From an uncultured Planctomycetia bacterium (GTDB lineage Bacteria; Omnitrophota; Gorgyraeia; 2-02-FULL-51-18): a stretch of DNA of 64,000 nt. Below the pieces are notes generated by a model, which was given only the letters and a program-made list of their open reading frames with translations, had not been told where the DNA came from and searched no databases. Below, piece after piece: positions 47,219-56,718 of this stretch (positions within the stretch are counted from its first letter, which is position 1; each line of letters begins with the position of its first letter). A program made the translations under genes and the position numbers. Location: the NCBI GenBank assembly GCA_964606485.1, contig CAZSGP010000001.1:417085-481084 (forward strand). Reading direction: 5' to 3'.

Positions 47219-48101
47219 TAGAATTTCAACACAAGACCTTGAAGCCAAAAGGTGGCCATATTATCTCATTTACCCCATGACATCGCTTTTGGTTCTGTGG
47301 GCTGTCCTTAAGAAGAAACTCTATGGGTTATTCCGGCCAAGGAAGGAAGTCAATTTTCTGCTTTTTGATGGAATTGGCAAATATGGCAAAGTTATCAAAC
47401 GAAATGTGACTGGCTGGAGAGCGGTCGATTTGATTTATAACCACCGTTTTGGCGAGACGAAATCGATTGGTGGCCGCCTTGATGATTTTTGGTTTGATAG
47501 TCTCAATTGTCAGGCTGCAAGAAACCGCTTCAAATTAGCAAAGAGGGAGCTGGAGAAGGCGATATTGAATACACCAGCCTCTGAAGTAAGAGTGCTTTCA
47601 TTGGCATCTGGGACCGGACAAATCGAAAGCGAAACGTTGGCAAATGTAAGAGATAAAAACGTAAACGTCAAAGCAGTCCTCATCGACCGTGAGGCTGAAG
47701 CGCTCGAACGAGCAGAACACTTTATTTCGTCAAACGGAGTTTCCGAAAGCATTAAGTTAATCAATTCAGACGTGATGCAGGCGATCGAAATTGCAAAAGA
47801 ATTTAATCCGCATATCATTCAAATGGTGGCGTTCTTGGATTATCTGCAAGAACAGGAGGCAATTGATTTCTTGTCGGATATCTATGGCACTCTCCCGGAG
47901 GGAGGGTATTTTATCGCGTCAAATACGATGCCAAATCTTGAAATGCATTTTGTAAAAGAGGTGGTTGGCTGGCCCCTGATATACAGGAACCATGAAGAGA
48001 TAGGGCGTATATTTGAAAAAAGCGGCTTCAAAAATGCCCAAATTATTGACGAACCTTTAGGTATTCAAAATATGATAGTCGCTAAAAAGCAGGCTGGGTA
48101 G
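47205..48101 (+). CDS. Class I SAM-dependent methyltransferase
   Basis: VLSLASGTGQIE (motif I, GxGxG-like), acidic residue after beta2 (LIDRE), LINSDVM. The ATG at 47205 overlaps the upstream stop. Confidence 0.55.
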   Translation: MAIHNRISTQDLEAKRWPYYLIYPMTSLLVLWAVLKKKLYGLFRPRKEVNFLLFDGIGKYGKVIKRNVTGWRAVDLIYNHRFGETKSIGGRLDDFWFDSLNCQAARNRFKLAKRELEKAILNTPASEVRVLSLASGTGQIESETLANVRDKNVNVKAVLIDREAEALERAEHFISSNGVSESIKLINSDVMQAIEIAKEFNPHIIQMVAFLDYLQEQEAIDFLSDIYGTLPEGGYFIASNTMPNLEMHFVKEVVGWPLIYRNHEEIGRIFEKSGFKNAQIIDEPLGIQNMIVAKKQAG

Positions 48102-48109
48102 CCCGCCGG

Positions 48110-50350
48110 ATGAAATTTCTATTTATAAACTTTGTCATTGTTTTATGGATCACATCCCTCACCGCTTTTCTGCTTGGAATTTTTGCCTGGATAAGAAGAC
48201 GTAATACCGTCAACAAATGCTTTGCGCTCTACTGCTTCAGTATTTCATGGTGGAGCTTCTGCGAAATCTGGGGTATTTCCTGCAATTCGGAATCCACGGC
48301 TCTTCTTTGGACCCGCATTGAACAGATAGGCGTATTTTTTATTCCCACCTTTTTTGTCCATTTCGTCATATCGCTATTGAACATAAAAGACAAAAAATGG
48401 CTGCTTAAAACTGCATATATTTTCAGCTCAATTGCCGCTGCACTTTGCTTTACGCCGCTAATGATGGCCGGATCTGCTCCGATATCGGCAGCGCCCTACG
48501 TCAAACGCTTTGGTGTCCCAGGCGTTGCTTATCACTTTGCTATTTTATTCTTTCTAATCTTGATTGTGTATGGACTGAACGAACTATTTAAGGCATATCT
48601 TACTTCGCGGGGCGCGAGAAGGAACCAGCTGAAATATTTATTTTTTAGCACGCTTTTTGGATATCTTGGCGGCGGCGCAAACTTTTTATTGGTTTATAAC
48701 GTCAGCATTCCATTCCTTAATCCCTTTGGCACATATGCACTTCCAATTTATATAGCCGTTGTTACATATGCCATCGTCAAGTACCGGTTGATGGACATTA
48801 GAATTGCGGCGATAAGGACCGTAGTATTTGTCGGAGTATATGTCCCGGTTTTATTCTTGCCATTTATCGGTGGATTCATTTTAAAAAGCAAACTTGCTGC
48901 ATTAGCAGGAGAAAACTGGTGGATCATTCCTGCTATTGGATCAAGCATTTTGGCCCCTCTCGGAATATATATCTTTTTAAATATAAAAAATCGCGCCGAA
49001 GCGATGCTGCTGAAGGAGCAGAGGCAATATCAAGACACACTGTTGGGAATTTCAAAGAGCATGACGTATGAGCGCAACCTTGCGATTCTCCTTCAAAAGA
49101 TTGTTCAAGGCGTCGCTGATTCACTTAAATTAAACGCTGTTCATCTGTTTTTGGTGGATAAGGAAACGGGCCGCTATTTGCTAAAAGCATCGCATCCGAA
49201 GAGTTTATTATCAGAGCCAATGGCTTTTGAGACTGATGATCCTCTAATCAAGAAGCTGCTTAATGAAAAATCGTCAATTGTTATAGAAGAGGATCATATT
49301 CATTCAAAAACCGGCGCCGGTGAGGGAGATGGGCTTAAGCTGATGGAAGAAAAGAGCGGCATGAAAATTGCTTTAGCGACGCCCTCATTTGCTCAAAATG
49401 AACTCATCGCATTTTTGCTGCTCGGTGATAAGCCAAATGGGCATATGTATACCCAAGACGATCTGAATGTCTTTTCAGTGCTTGCGACCCAAGCTGCGCT
49501 TGCGATTGAAAATGCTATTTTTTATGAGGAGCAGGGAAAATCCCTGGCGCAGGAACTTCAAGAGCACAAGCTGAAATATTTAGGCAACATGGCTTCAAAT
49601 ATCAGCCACGATGTAAATAACCGGTTTAATAGCGTGGCGCTCGAAGCTTTTGAAATTATCGACCAAATCATGCCAGCTTTGAAACAAAAACTTGGAGCTA
49701 CTTCAATTCCGGACGGACTAAATGAATTGATCGAACGTATTTTGCAGAATCTCGACAAGATTTCCCACCATGCCCAAGCGGGCGGAGAAACCGTTGAAAG
49801 ATTTCGCCGCCGCTCTCGTCAGGCAAAAATCGAGCCCCTTGATTTGGCTGCTGTTATAGAGAGCACATTGTCGATCGTTGTTTATCCAAAAGAAAAAGCC
49901 GGTGAGATTGTCAAAGTAATCCCAAGAGAAGTGTATGGTTTAGAAGTAGATCTGCCAACGGGGTTCCCGAAACTTTCTGCAGAAGTTTTTTCTCTTGAAA
50001 ACACAATTGCCAATCTACTTAGAAACGCCTATGAAGCTCAGCAAAAAAGAAGAGAAATTATTGGGCGAGATGGATATAGCCCGTTTGTAAAAATTTCAGC
50101 GCAGGTTCTTGGTGACACAGCTGACATAAAAATTGCGGATAATGGGATAGGTATGACGCCAGACCAGCTAAATCAGATTTTTGTGCCGTTTTATACAACG
50201 AAAGTTAAAGGCACGGGCCTTGGACTCTCTATTTTGAAATCGATGATTGAGCTGCAACGCGGGAAAATTTCCGTTGACTCGGAATATGGAAAAGGAACAA
50301 CATTCACCATTACATTGCCAGTCGCAAAAGAAGGGAGTGAGAATGCCTAG
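48110..50350 (+). CDS. Sensor histidine kinase: N-terminal 7-TM sensor, GAF domain, HisKA/HATPase
   Basis: 746 aa. ~7 hydrophobic helices in aa 1-290. GAF-like middle (LLGDKPNG...ALAIENA). H-box NISHDVNNRFNSV. G-boxes DNGIGM and GTGLGLS. Confidence 0.85.
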   Translation: MKFLFINFVIVLWITSLTAFLLGIFAWIRRRNTVNKCFALYCFSISWWSFCEIWGISCNSESTALLWTRIEQIGVFFIPTFFVHFVISLLNIKDKKWLLKTAYIFSSIAAALCFTPLMMAGSAPISAAPYVKRFGVPGVAYHFAILFFLILIVYGLNELFKAYLTSRGARRNQLKYLFFSTLFGYLGGGANFLLVYNVSIPFLNPFGTYALPIYIAVVTYAIVKYRLMDIRIAAIRTVVFVGVYVPVLFLPFIGGFILKSKLAALAGENWWIIPAIGSSILAPLGIYIFLNIKNRAEAMLLKEQRQYQDTLLGISKSMTYERNLAILLQKIVQGVADSLKLNAVHLFLVDKETGRYLLKASHPKSLLSEPMAFETDDPLIKKLLNEKSSIVIEEDHIHSKTGAGEGDGLKLMEEKSGMKIALATPSFAQNELIAFLLLGDKPNGHMYTQDDLNVFSVLATQAALAIENAIFYEEQGKSLAQELQEHKLKYLGNMASNISHDVNNRFNSVALEAFEIIDQIMPALKQKLGATSIPDGLNELIERILQNLDKISHHAQAGGETVERFRRRSRQAKIEPLDLAAVIESTLSIVVYPKEKAGEIVKVIPREVYGLEVDLPTGFPKLSAEVFSLENTIANLLRNAYEAQQKRREIIGRDGYSPFVKISAQVLGDTADIKIADNGIGMTPDQLNQIFVPFYTTKVKGTGLGLSILKSMIELQRGKISVDSEYGKGTTFTITLPVAKEGSENA

Positions 50351-50705
50351 GACGTTATTAGTTATTGATGACGAAGTCGAAATGACGCGTATTTTAGTAG
50401 GCACATTTAGCAATCGCGGTTATACCGTCTTTGAAGCCAATTCCGGACACGATGCCATCTCTATTTTAGAGAAGAACCACATTGATGCCGTGACATTGGA
50501 TCTTAATATGCCGGGGATGGATGGAATTGCCGTTGCCGCAGAGATGAATAAGCGTTTCCCCAAGGTAAAGATTATCGTCGTCTCAGGCTTCGGTGGGGAA
50601 TATGACGAAGAACTTAAAACCGTCAAAGTCGACGCTCACATTCCAAAGCCGATTAACATGACGGCCTTACTCAAAAAAATTCCTGAATTGCTGGATGGAA
50701 AATAA
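50343..50705 (+). CDS. Single-domain response regulator receiver
   Basis: LLVIDDE...LDLNMPGMDG...IIVVSGFG...KPI. The start overlaps the kinase stop by 8 nt. Confidence 0.8.
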   Translation: MPRTLLVIDDEVEMTRILVGTFSNRGYTVFEANSGHDAISILEKNHIDAVTLDLNMPGMDGIAVAAEMNKRFPKVKIIVVSGFGGEYDEELKTVKVDAHIPKPINMTALLKKIPELLDGK

Positions 50706-51300
50706 GTCCAGAAGCGTGAAAAGTTCATCAAGAACTCAATTGGCAAGCACCGCTTACCATGAGGCGGCTCATGCAGTCGCGCGGCATTGTCTTGGCATCA
50801 AAATTAAAAAAGTAACAATTGTTCCGCACGATGATTGCTTAGGAAGTGTTTCGGGTCCGAGCGCGACCGGTAAACATCAATTGGACGTTGATAATTCAAA
50901 TCAGGCGCGACTAAAAGCTGAACGTGATGTTATGGTCTCACTTGCAGGAGGCATAGCCCAAAGGAAGTTTAGTCCGAAAAACTTCAGGCACGATCATTGC
51001 AGCCAAGACCTTCATCAAGCCATGGATATATTGAGTTATTTCGCAGGGTCGCATGACGAATTGAATGCCTACCATAGTTATTTGAGTAAGCGAACAGAGA
51101 ACCTGCTTAGTAAGCCAATGGTATGGACAATGATACAGGCTGTGGCAAAAGAACTTCTATTCCGCCAGACCCTGACAGGTGCTCAGGTTAAGGAGATTAT
51201 ATTTAACGCATTTCCTGATCTTAAAGCTTTTTCAGATCGCTCCAAGGTTTCAGCAAAGTCAAAAACTTTGACCAAGCGAGGATTTAAGAGTAACATTTAG
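50695..51300 (+). CDS. Standalone FtsH-like (M41) zinc metallopeptidase domain, no AAA ATPase
   Basis: 201 aa. AYHEAAHAVARH (HExxH), then KVTIVPHDDCLG and LAGGIAQRKF, colinear with the FtsH protease domain (YHEAGHA...KVTIIPRG...LGGRAAEE). Confidence 0.55.
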   Translation: MENKSRSVKSSSRTQLASTAYHEAAHAVARHCLGIKIKKVTIVPHDDCLGSVSGPSATGKHQLDVDNSNQARLKAERDVMVSLAGGIAQRKFSPKNFRHDHCSQDLHQAMDILSYFAGSHDELNAYHSYLSKRTENLLSKPMVWTMIQAVAKELLFRQTLTGAQVKEIIFNAFPDLKAFSDRSKVSAKSKTLTKRGFKSNI

Positions 51301-51401
51301 CTAACGACATACTGAAGCAGTCCCAAGGCTGTTTTTTAGCCACTGATAGAAATGTGAGCAACATTCTATCGGTGGCTTTTTCTTTTTTGGAGGCCTTTTG
51401 G

Positions 51402-52409
51402 ATGAGGATGTTTAAGGCGTTGTTGCCATATTACGGTGGGAAGAGAAAGCTTTGCCCAATAATCTTTAGTCACATCTCAAAGTATCTTCCAAGGGATAAA
51501 TGGGCGGGAGCGGTATTTGTGGACGCTTTTTTAGGAAGTGGGGCGGTCAGTCTCTATGCCAAGGCTCAGGGTTTTCAGATCTACGCTAATGACATCGCCG
51601 AGCGAAGCTATATTGCTGGGCAATCACTTATTGAAAATAACAACATAGTGCTCACCGACAATGATCTCCATCGATTATGTCGTCCTAATGGCGATGTAAC
51701 GCCATTTATTCAGGAACATTTTTCTCCCGACGTCTTTACCTCAAAACATGCTGCATTTCTAGACGGTGCTTTTTCGAACGCCAAGAAACCACTCGATAAG
51801 TATTTACTCTTGAAATACATCTTCGCCATTAGACCCTATTCTAAATTCAGTTCACCCAATGCGTTTAATCGGCCAATGGAAGAGGGCCGCTTTGATGAAA
51901 TTAAATCCACGTACACAAAACACATCAAGGACAATCTGAAATCACCACTATCTATTTTAAAAAACGAAATGCGGAATGTAAATCTTGGCATATTTTCCAA
52001 TGGACTAAACAACTGGATAGCCAAGAAAGACGTATTTGAGTTTCTTGATGATGCCGAAGGGGATGTTCTTTACCTCGACCCTCCTTACGCCGGGACACTT
52101 GCTTACGAGAACGAGTATGAAGTGCTCGACAAGATATTAGGGCAGAACGAGAACCCTAAAAGTGATTTCTCCAGTGGGATGGATGCGCTGGGTAGGCTTT
52201 TAGCAGAGTGCGAGAAGTATCCGCTGTGGGTCATCAGTTTCGGAAACGCTGGTGGAAAGAACGAATTAAACGAACTATTGGGTATCGTCAGTAAATACCG
52301 TAAATGCGAAGCCCATGAGTTTCATTATCGGCACTGCGCGGCAGTAGCCTCGGAAGCGCACAAACAAAAATCAAGGGAGTGGCTCATTCTTGGAAATCAC
52401 ACAAGTTAG
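51402..52409 (+). CDS. DNA N6-adenine methyltransferase, D12 (Dam) class
   Basis: LPYYGGKRKL (Dam N-terminal motif), FVDAFLGSGAV (motif I), LYLDPPY (motif IV). Start placed at the ATG at 51402; the track ORF begins at 51354. Confidence 0.8.
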   Translation: MRMFKALLPYYGGKRKLCPIIFSHISKYLPRDKWAGAVFVDAFLGSGAVSLYAKAQGFQIYANDIAERSYIAGQSLIENNNIVLTDNDLHRLCRPNGDVTPFIQEHFSPDVFTSKHAAFLDGAFSNAKKPLDKYLLLKYIFAIRPYSKFSSPNAFNRPMEEGRFDEIKSTYTKHIKDNLKSPLSILKNEMRNVNLGIFSNGLNNWIAKKDVFEFLDDAEGDVLYLDPPYAGTLAYENEYEVLDKILGQNENPKSDFSSGMDALGRLLAECEKYPLWVISFGNAGGKNELNELLGIVSKYRKCEAHEFHYRHCAAVASEAHKQKSREWLILGNHTS

Positions 52410-53043
52410 AATAGACAAAATACACCCAAACAAATACAACCCGAATGTTGTACCAGCCGACATCATTGCCAAATTACGGGCAGAAATTGGCCAGAAAGGG
52501 CTCTGTGAGCCCATCATGGTGCGCTTCAGCCCCAATGGCTACGAAATTGTAAATGGCGAGCACAGGTGGCGGATTTGCCGGGATTTGGGCTGGCGGGAGA
52601 TCCCGTGCATTATTCAGGACTATGACGACAACGAAGCTAAAATAAAGACTTTGCAACTCAACTACATGCACGGGTCGGTCATCCCGGTCAGACTCGCATC
52701 GCTTATCCATGATTTGAGCAAAGAGATAAAACTCGAGGATTTGGCAAAGCGCCTTCCGTATGAAGAACTCCATTTGATGGACCAGTTGGAGCTCTTGAAG
52801 CTGCCGGAAGATTTTGGAAGCGCGCTCGAGGATAGAGCCAAGAAAGACGATGAAGAAATGCCTTCCGTCGTTTCTTTCGTACTTTATAAGAGTCAACTTC
52901 AAGTGCTTGAAGAAGCAATCCGGGCTATAGCCGAAGTCATACCAAAGGGTACGAAAAATACGAAAGCCGTCGCGCTTGAAGCGATTTGCTCATATTTCCT
53001 TGAGACCAAAGGGCTTAAGCAAGATTTGGAGTCGGCAACCTAA
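52390..53043 (+). CDS. ParB-like nuclease domain protein (ParB/Srx fold)
   Basis: GYEIVNGEHRWRICRDLGW is the ParB N-terminal domain GxxR motif. Common phage-encoded partner of Dam-type methylases. Confidence 0.7.
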   Translation: MEITQVRIDKIHPNKYNPNVVPADIIAKLRAEIGQKGLCEPIMVRFSPNGYEIVNGEHRWRICRDLGWREIPCIIQDYDDNEAKIKTLQLNYMHGSVIPVRLASLIHDLSKEIKLEDLAKRLPYEELHLMDQLELLKLPEDFGSALEDRAKKDDEEMPSVVSFVLYKSQLQVLEEAIRAIAEVIPKGTKNTKAVALEAICSYFLETKGLKQDLESAT

Positions 53044-53078
53044 GAACAGCAGGGCGGAGAATTTCGGAGTTTTAGGAT

Positions 53079-53585
53079 ATGGGGTACGAGCCGGTAAAAG
53101 ACGAAACCAAAGAGTTGTATCTCAAGATTTGGATGCACTACTGCGTCGGGCATCTGAGCCAGGAGCAGCTTGCCAAGCTATTTGATTGCAGCCAGGACAC
53201 CATCGCCAACGCTATCAACTGGGCGGCAGAGAATAGGGCTCAATTTGCAACGCCAATTCTCGGTGAGGCGGCCAAAGAGTCACTCGAAAGCCGTCTTCGT
53301 GACTTACGAAATGACCTGGTGAGAATTAAAGAGTCAGAGCCGGTGAACTGGAACGCCGTCATAGGCATGCACAAGTTAATTAAAGAAAACGAGGAGTTAC
53401 TGTGGAAGCTTCAGGCGGTGATTCAAGACCGGAGCACGATTACGATAAATGCGGCCCAAATAAACCAAGTAGCAAAAGCCCGTAACGAAATCCTGGAAGG
53501 TATGAACGATGAAGAGCGACAGGCCCTTATATCCCGAATTAGAGAAGTTACTGACAAGCCGGTCGACGACCAAAGAGGAAATTGA
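53079..53585 (+). CDS. Putative phage terminase small subunit (HTH-containing)
   Basis: 168 aa. N-terminal HTH (LSQEQLAKLFDCSQDTIANAINWA). Sits directly upstream of the large terminase. Position-based call. Confidence 0.35.
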   Translation: MGYEPVKDETKELYLKIWMHYCVGHLSQEQLAKLFDCSQDTIANAINWAAENRAQFATPILGEAAKESLESRLRDLRNDLVRIKESEPVNWNAVIGMHKLIKENEELLWKLQAVIQDRSTITINAAQINQVAKARNEILEGMNDEERQALISRIREVTDKPVDDQRGN

Positions 53586-55068
53586 TGATCTCCTTTGGTT
53601 TCTGGAGCACCCCGAATACGAACACCGGGTTGTCGATATCCGGACCTTCATTGATAGCCCCGAATATCTAAACGCCAAATCCGAGTGCTGGCCAAGCGTC
53701 AAAGACGACCTTGTGGTATTGTTCGAGGGCGGTTATACAGAAGCCGTGTTCTGTGAGGCTATTGGTTCAGGAAAAAGCTACAAGTCGTCACTCATCATAA
53801 GTTACATGACCTATCGGGTGTTATGTCTTCGGGACCCGCAGAACTTTTTCGGTTTAGCTAAGGGTAGTCCCATTTGTTTTATCAATATGTCCGTGCGGGC
53901 CGAGCAAAGCCGCAAGGTTGTATTCGGTGAAATCAAAAGCCGTGTTGACAATAGCCCGTGGTTTCGTAAATATTATCCTCCCGATTCTGAAATCAGGTCC
54001 GAGCTTCGTTTTGCAAAAAATATCGTAGTATTCCCCGGCAACTCCAGAGAAACATTCCCACTTGGATTTAATATCCTAGGTGGTGTTATGGACGAGGCCG
54101 CCTGGTATACCGAAACCTCAGACCATGATGTAGCCGAGGAAATGTTCAACGCTCTCCATAGCCGCATCAAAAATAGATTCGGGGATAAGGGTTTGCTGGT
54201 AATGATTTCATCCCCGAGATACGTCGATGATTTTATTGAACTCAAAGTCAAAGAAGCGCTGACCAACCAAAAAATATTCTCACGCAGAAAAATGCTTTGG
54301 CAGTCAAAACCAGCGCATTGCTTTTGCGGCCAATGGATTGACTTCCAGGACTATAAAATTCCTATTGAATTTGAGATTGAGGCCAAGCGCAATCCCGAAA
54401 CCTTCAAGCGTGATTTTATGGCCATCCCGGCCCTGGCACTTGAGCCATATTTCAAACGAATGGACATCGTTGAGTCGTGCATTGATTTGAGTATGCATCA
54501 CCCAATAGATGACACTGGGAAATTTCAACCCTGGTTTCGTGGCAAATTAAAAACGTATTACTATGTCCATGTGGATCTCTCTCACAAGCGAGACGCCACA
54601 GGTATTGCCATGGCGCATGACGAGGGGGACAAGGTTATCGTTGATTTCATGCTGCGCATCAAAGCTCCTGTAGGAGGTGAGATTTACTTCTCCGACATCC
54701 GGGACATGATTTTTCGACTGAGAGATGAATGTCGATTCAAAATTGATAAGGTTACTTTCGATGGGTGGCAGTCCATTGATAGTATTCAGATCCTGAAAGA
54801 GAATAGATTCAAATGTGGAGTCTTTAGCGTCGATAGGGACACGAGCGCCTATGACACTTTAAAGGAGAAAATGTATTCCAGGAAACTACGCTGCTACCGC
54901 TACGAGCCGTTTCTTGAAGAGTTAAAAAGGTTGGAGTTGTTTGAAGGCATCAAGGTTGACCATCCACCCAGCGGTTCAAAGGATGTTGCCGATGCTGTCG
55001 CTGGGGCTTGTTATGCTGCCGTGGAAAATGAAGGCAAGATTCGGGAGGTTCAATGTTTTATCGTCTAA
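53509..55068 (+). CDS. Phage terminase large subunit (ATPase plus RNase H-like nuclease)
   Basis: Walker A EAIGSGKSY, Walker B/coupling GGVMDEAAWY, C-terminal nuclease acidic residues (HVDLSHKRDATGIAMAHDEG, FDGWQ). The 5' end overlaps the previous ORF by 77 nt, so the true start is uncertain. Confidence 0.7.
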   Translation: MKSDRPLYPELEKLLTSRSTTKEEIDDLLWFLEHPEYEHRVVDIRTFIDSPEYLNAKSECWPSVKDDLVVLFEGGYTEAVFCEAIGSGKSYKSSLIISYMTYRVLCLRDPQNFFGLAKGSPICFINMSVRAEQSRKVVFGEIKSRVDNSPWFRKYYPPDSEIRSELRFAKNIVVFPGNSRETFPLGFNILGGVMDEAAWYTETSDHDVAEEMFNALHSRIKNRFGDKGLLVMISSPRYVDDFIELKVKEALTNQKIFSRRKMLWQSKPAHCFCGQWIDFQDYKIPIEFEIEAKRNPETFKRDFMAIPALALEPYFKRMDIVESCIDLSMHHPIDDTGKFQPWFRGKLKTYYYVHVDLSHKRDATGIAMAHDEGDKVIVDFMLRIKAPVGGEIYFSDIRDMIFRLRDECRFKIDKVTFDGWQSIDSIQILKENRFKCGVFSVDRDTSAYDTLKEKMYSRKLRCYRYEPFLEELKRLELFEGIKVDHPPSGSKDVADAVAGACYAAVENEGKIREVQCFIV

Positions 55069-55327
55069 AATTGTCTGATATTTGGGTGCTCGCCATGTTC
55101 TCGTTATTTTGAATTAAACATACATTTCTCACCCCGATTTCTACCTCGATTTTTTGAATAATCCGGTATCTCGCTAACGTTCAAAGAGTTGTGGCGTTTT
55201 CCAAGGCGCATGGCCCATTATTTACCCCCGCTATTGTTTGCGATTAAATTGAGTATTTAATCTCAAATAGACTGGATTTCCCCGGAATCCATGGCATCAT
55301 TCGACTGACAAAGGGGAGGGCACACCG

Positions 55328-56242
55328 ATGGACCGCGAAATTACCGAGTTTTTAGCCTATAAGGCTACAGAACGGGGGCTCACACCCCGGACCATAGAAG
55401 CATATCGCCACGATTTGGCTAAATTTGGCCAATTCATAGCCAAGGAAACCGGGTCTAAACCAGCGCTCGGCGATATCGACCAGTATACGATTAAGGCCTA
55501 CCTGCAATTTTTAGCGAACACAGGTATCAAGAAAGGAAACGCCACTGTAACCCGGGGCAGAAAACTCGCAACTCTGAAGTCATTCTTCAAATACCTCGTG
55601 TCCGAGGGGAAGGTAAAATCCGATCCCACCAGCCAAGTAAAGATGCCCAAGGTAAAACGGAAGGAGCCATCCTATCTAACCGAGCAGGAATACAAGCGGC
55701 TTCTGCGGACGGTTCAGAAGAACGCCACCAAATACTTCAAACACCGTGATGTTGCTATTATCAATATGCTTTTGGGCATGGGTCTGCGCCTGAACGAGTT
55801 AGTGGGCTTGAATGTGGGCAGCGTAAACGTCGAGGACGGGGCAATCAAGGTTTCAAGAAAAGGAAACCAGGAGCGTATACTTCCCGCGAATGACGAGGTG
55901 ATGATTTGCCTTCAACGATATTTGAAAACGAGGGCAGATGCCTCATTTTCATCACCCTTATTTTTAAGCAAACGTGACCAGCGAATCGATGGCGCTACGG
56001 TCTGGTATCTGGTAAAAAAATATCTGAAACAAGCGCAGATAGAAAAGGACAAGCTATCACCCCACACCCTGCGGCATACGTTCGCAACGACCCTATTAAA
56101 ACAAGGGGTCAATATACTTGCCATCAAAGAGTTGTTGTCTCACCGCAATCTCCGCACCACGGAACGATACCTTCACATCACCGGCGAGGACTTAAAAATA
56201 GCCGTAGGAAAGATGGATCTAAACTCGAAAAAGAGCGGCTAG
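55328..56242 (+). CDS. Tyrosine site-specific recombinase/integrase (XerC/D-like)
   Basis: 304 aa. N-terminal SAM-like domain. Catalytic R...HTLRHTFAT...LSHRNLRTTERYLH, giving the R-H-R-Y tetrad. Confidence 0.9.
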   Translation: MDREITEFLAYKATERGLTPRTIEAYRHDLAKFGQFIAKETGSKPALGDIDQYTIKAYLQFLANTGIKKGNATVTRGRKLATLKSFFKYLVSEGKVKSDPTSQVKMPKVKRKEPSYLTEQEYKRLLRTVQKNATKYFKHRDVAIINMLLGMGLRLNELVGLNVGSVNVEDGAIKVSRKGNQERILPANDEVMICLQRYLKTRADASFSSPLFLSKRDQRIDGATVWYLVKKYLKQAQIEKDKLSPHTLRHTFATTLLKQGVNILAIKELLSHRNLRTTERYLHITGEDLKIAVGKMDLNSKKSG

Positions 56243-56478
56243 GGCTTACGTTTCTCTTTTTCGTCCCACTCGTGAAGTAGCTTGATAAAACCCACCATAT
56301 TATCCGTTATCTCCACTGCATCTTGGTACGTTAACGGCTCCTTGGAGCGCGGCTGCCATACCTTTAGTGTTTTATCCAAGAACTCCTTCGAGTATTTATA
56401 TTGCCAACTCATGCCACCTCCTTGTGTTAAGAATCTACTCTGCAGGATAACCCTTTTCTGGTAAAATTTAGCAAACAT
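56239..56478 (-). CDS. Hypothetical protein
   Basis: 79 aa, convergent with the integrase. No recognisable domain. Confidence 0.3.
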   Translation of the reverse strand: MFAKFYQKRVILQSRFLTQGGGMSWQYKYSKEFLDKTLKVWQPRSKEPLTYQDAVEITDNMVGFIKLLHEWDEKEKRKP

Positions 56479-56672
56479 TGGAAGGGCAAAGAATGACGGA
56501 CAAATGGCTTACCATCAACCAAATCGCTAGATATCTACAGGTTTCGAAAGAAAAAATCTACAAAATTTGTCAGAAGGGCAAAATGCCTGCCTCGAAATTT
56601 GGTGGGCAGTGGCGTTTTAAAAAAGAGGCGGTCGATAAATGGATGCTGGGCCAACAAAGGAAAAATAAATAG
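56478..56672 (+). CDS. Excisionase/AlpA-family HTH DNA-binding protein (HTH_17-like)
   Basis: 64 aa. LTINQIARYLQVSKEKIYKICQKGKMPASKFGGQWRFKKEAVDKWM. First gene of the methylase-helicase operon. Confidence 0.7.
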   Translation: MEGQRMTDKWLTINQIARYLQVSKEKIYKICQKGKMPASKFGGQWRFKKEAVDKWMLGQQRKNK

Positions 56673-56718
56673 CATTTTTTTGGGAAGAGACGACTTGCAA
56701 GGAGATCATAAAAGCAAA

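Larger units (their letters stand above)
51354..56242 (+). mobile_element. Prophage remnant / integrative element module (Dam methylase, ParB-like nuclease, terminase small and large subunits, tyrosine integrase)
   Basis: Gene content only. No capsid, portal or tail genes, and no att repeats identified by eye. Confidence 0.5.
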
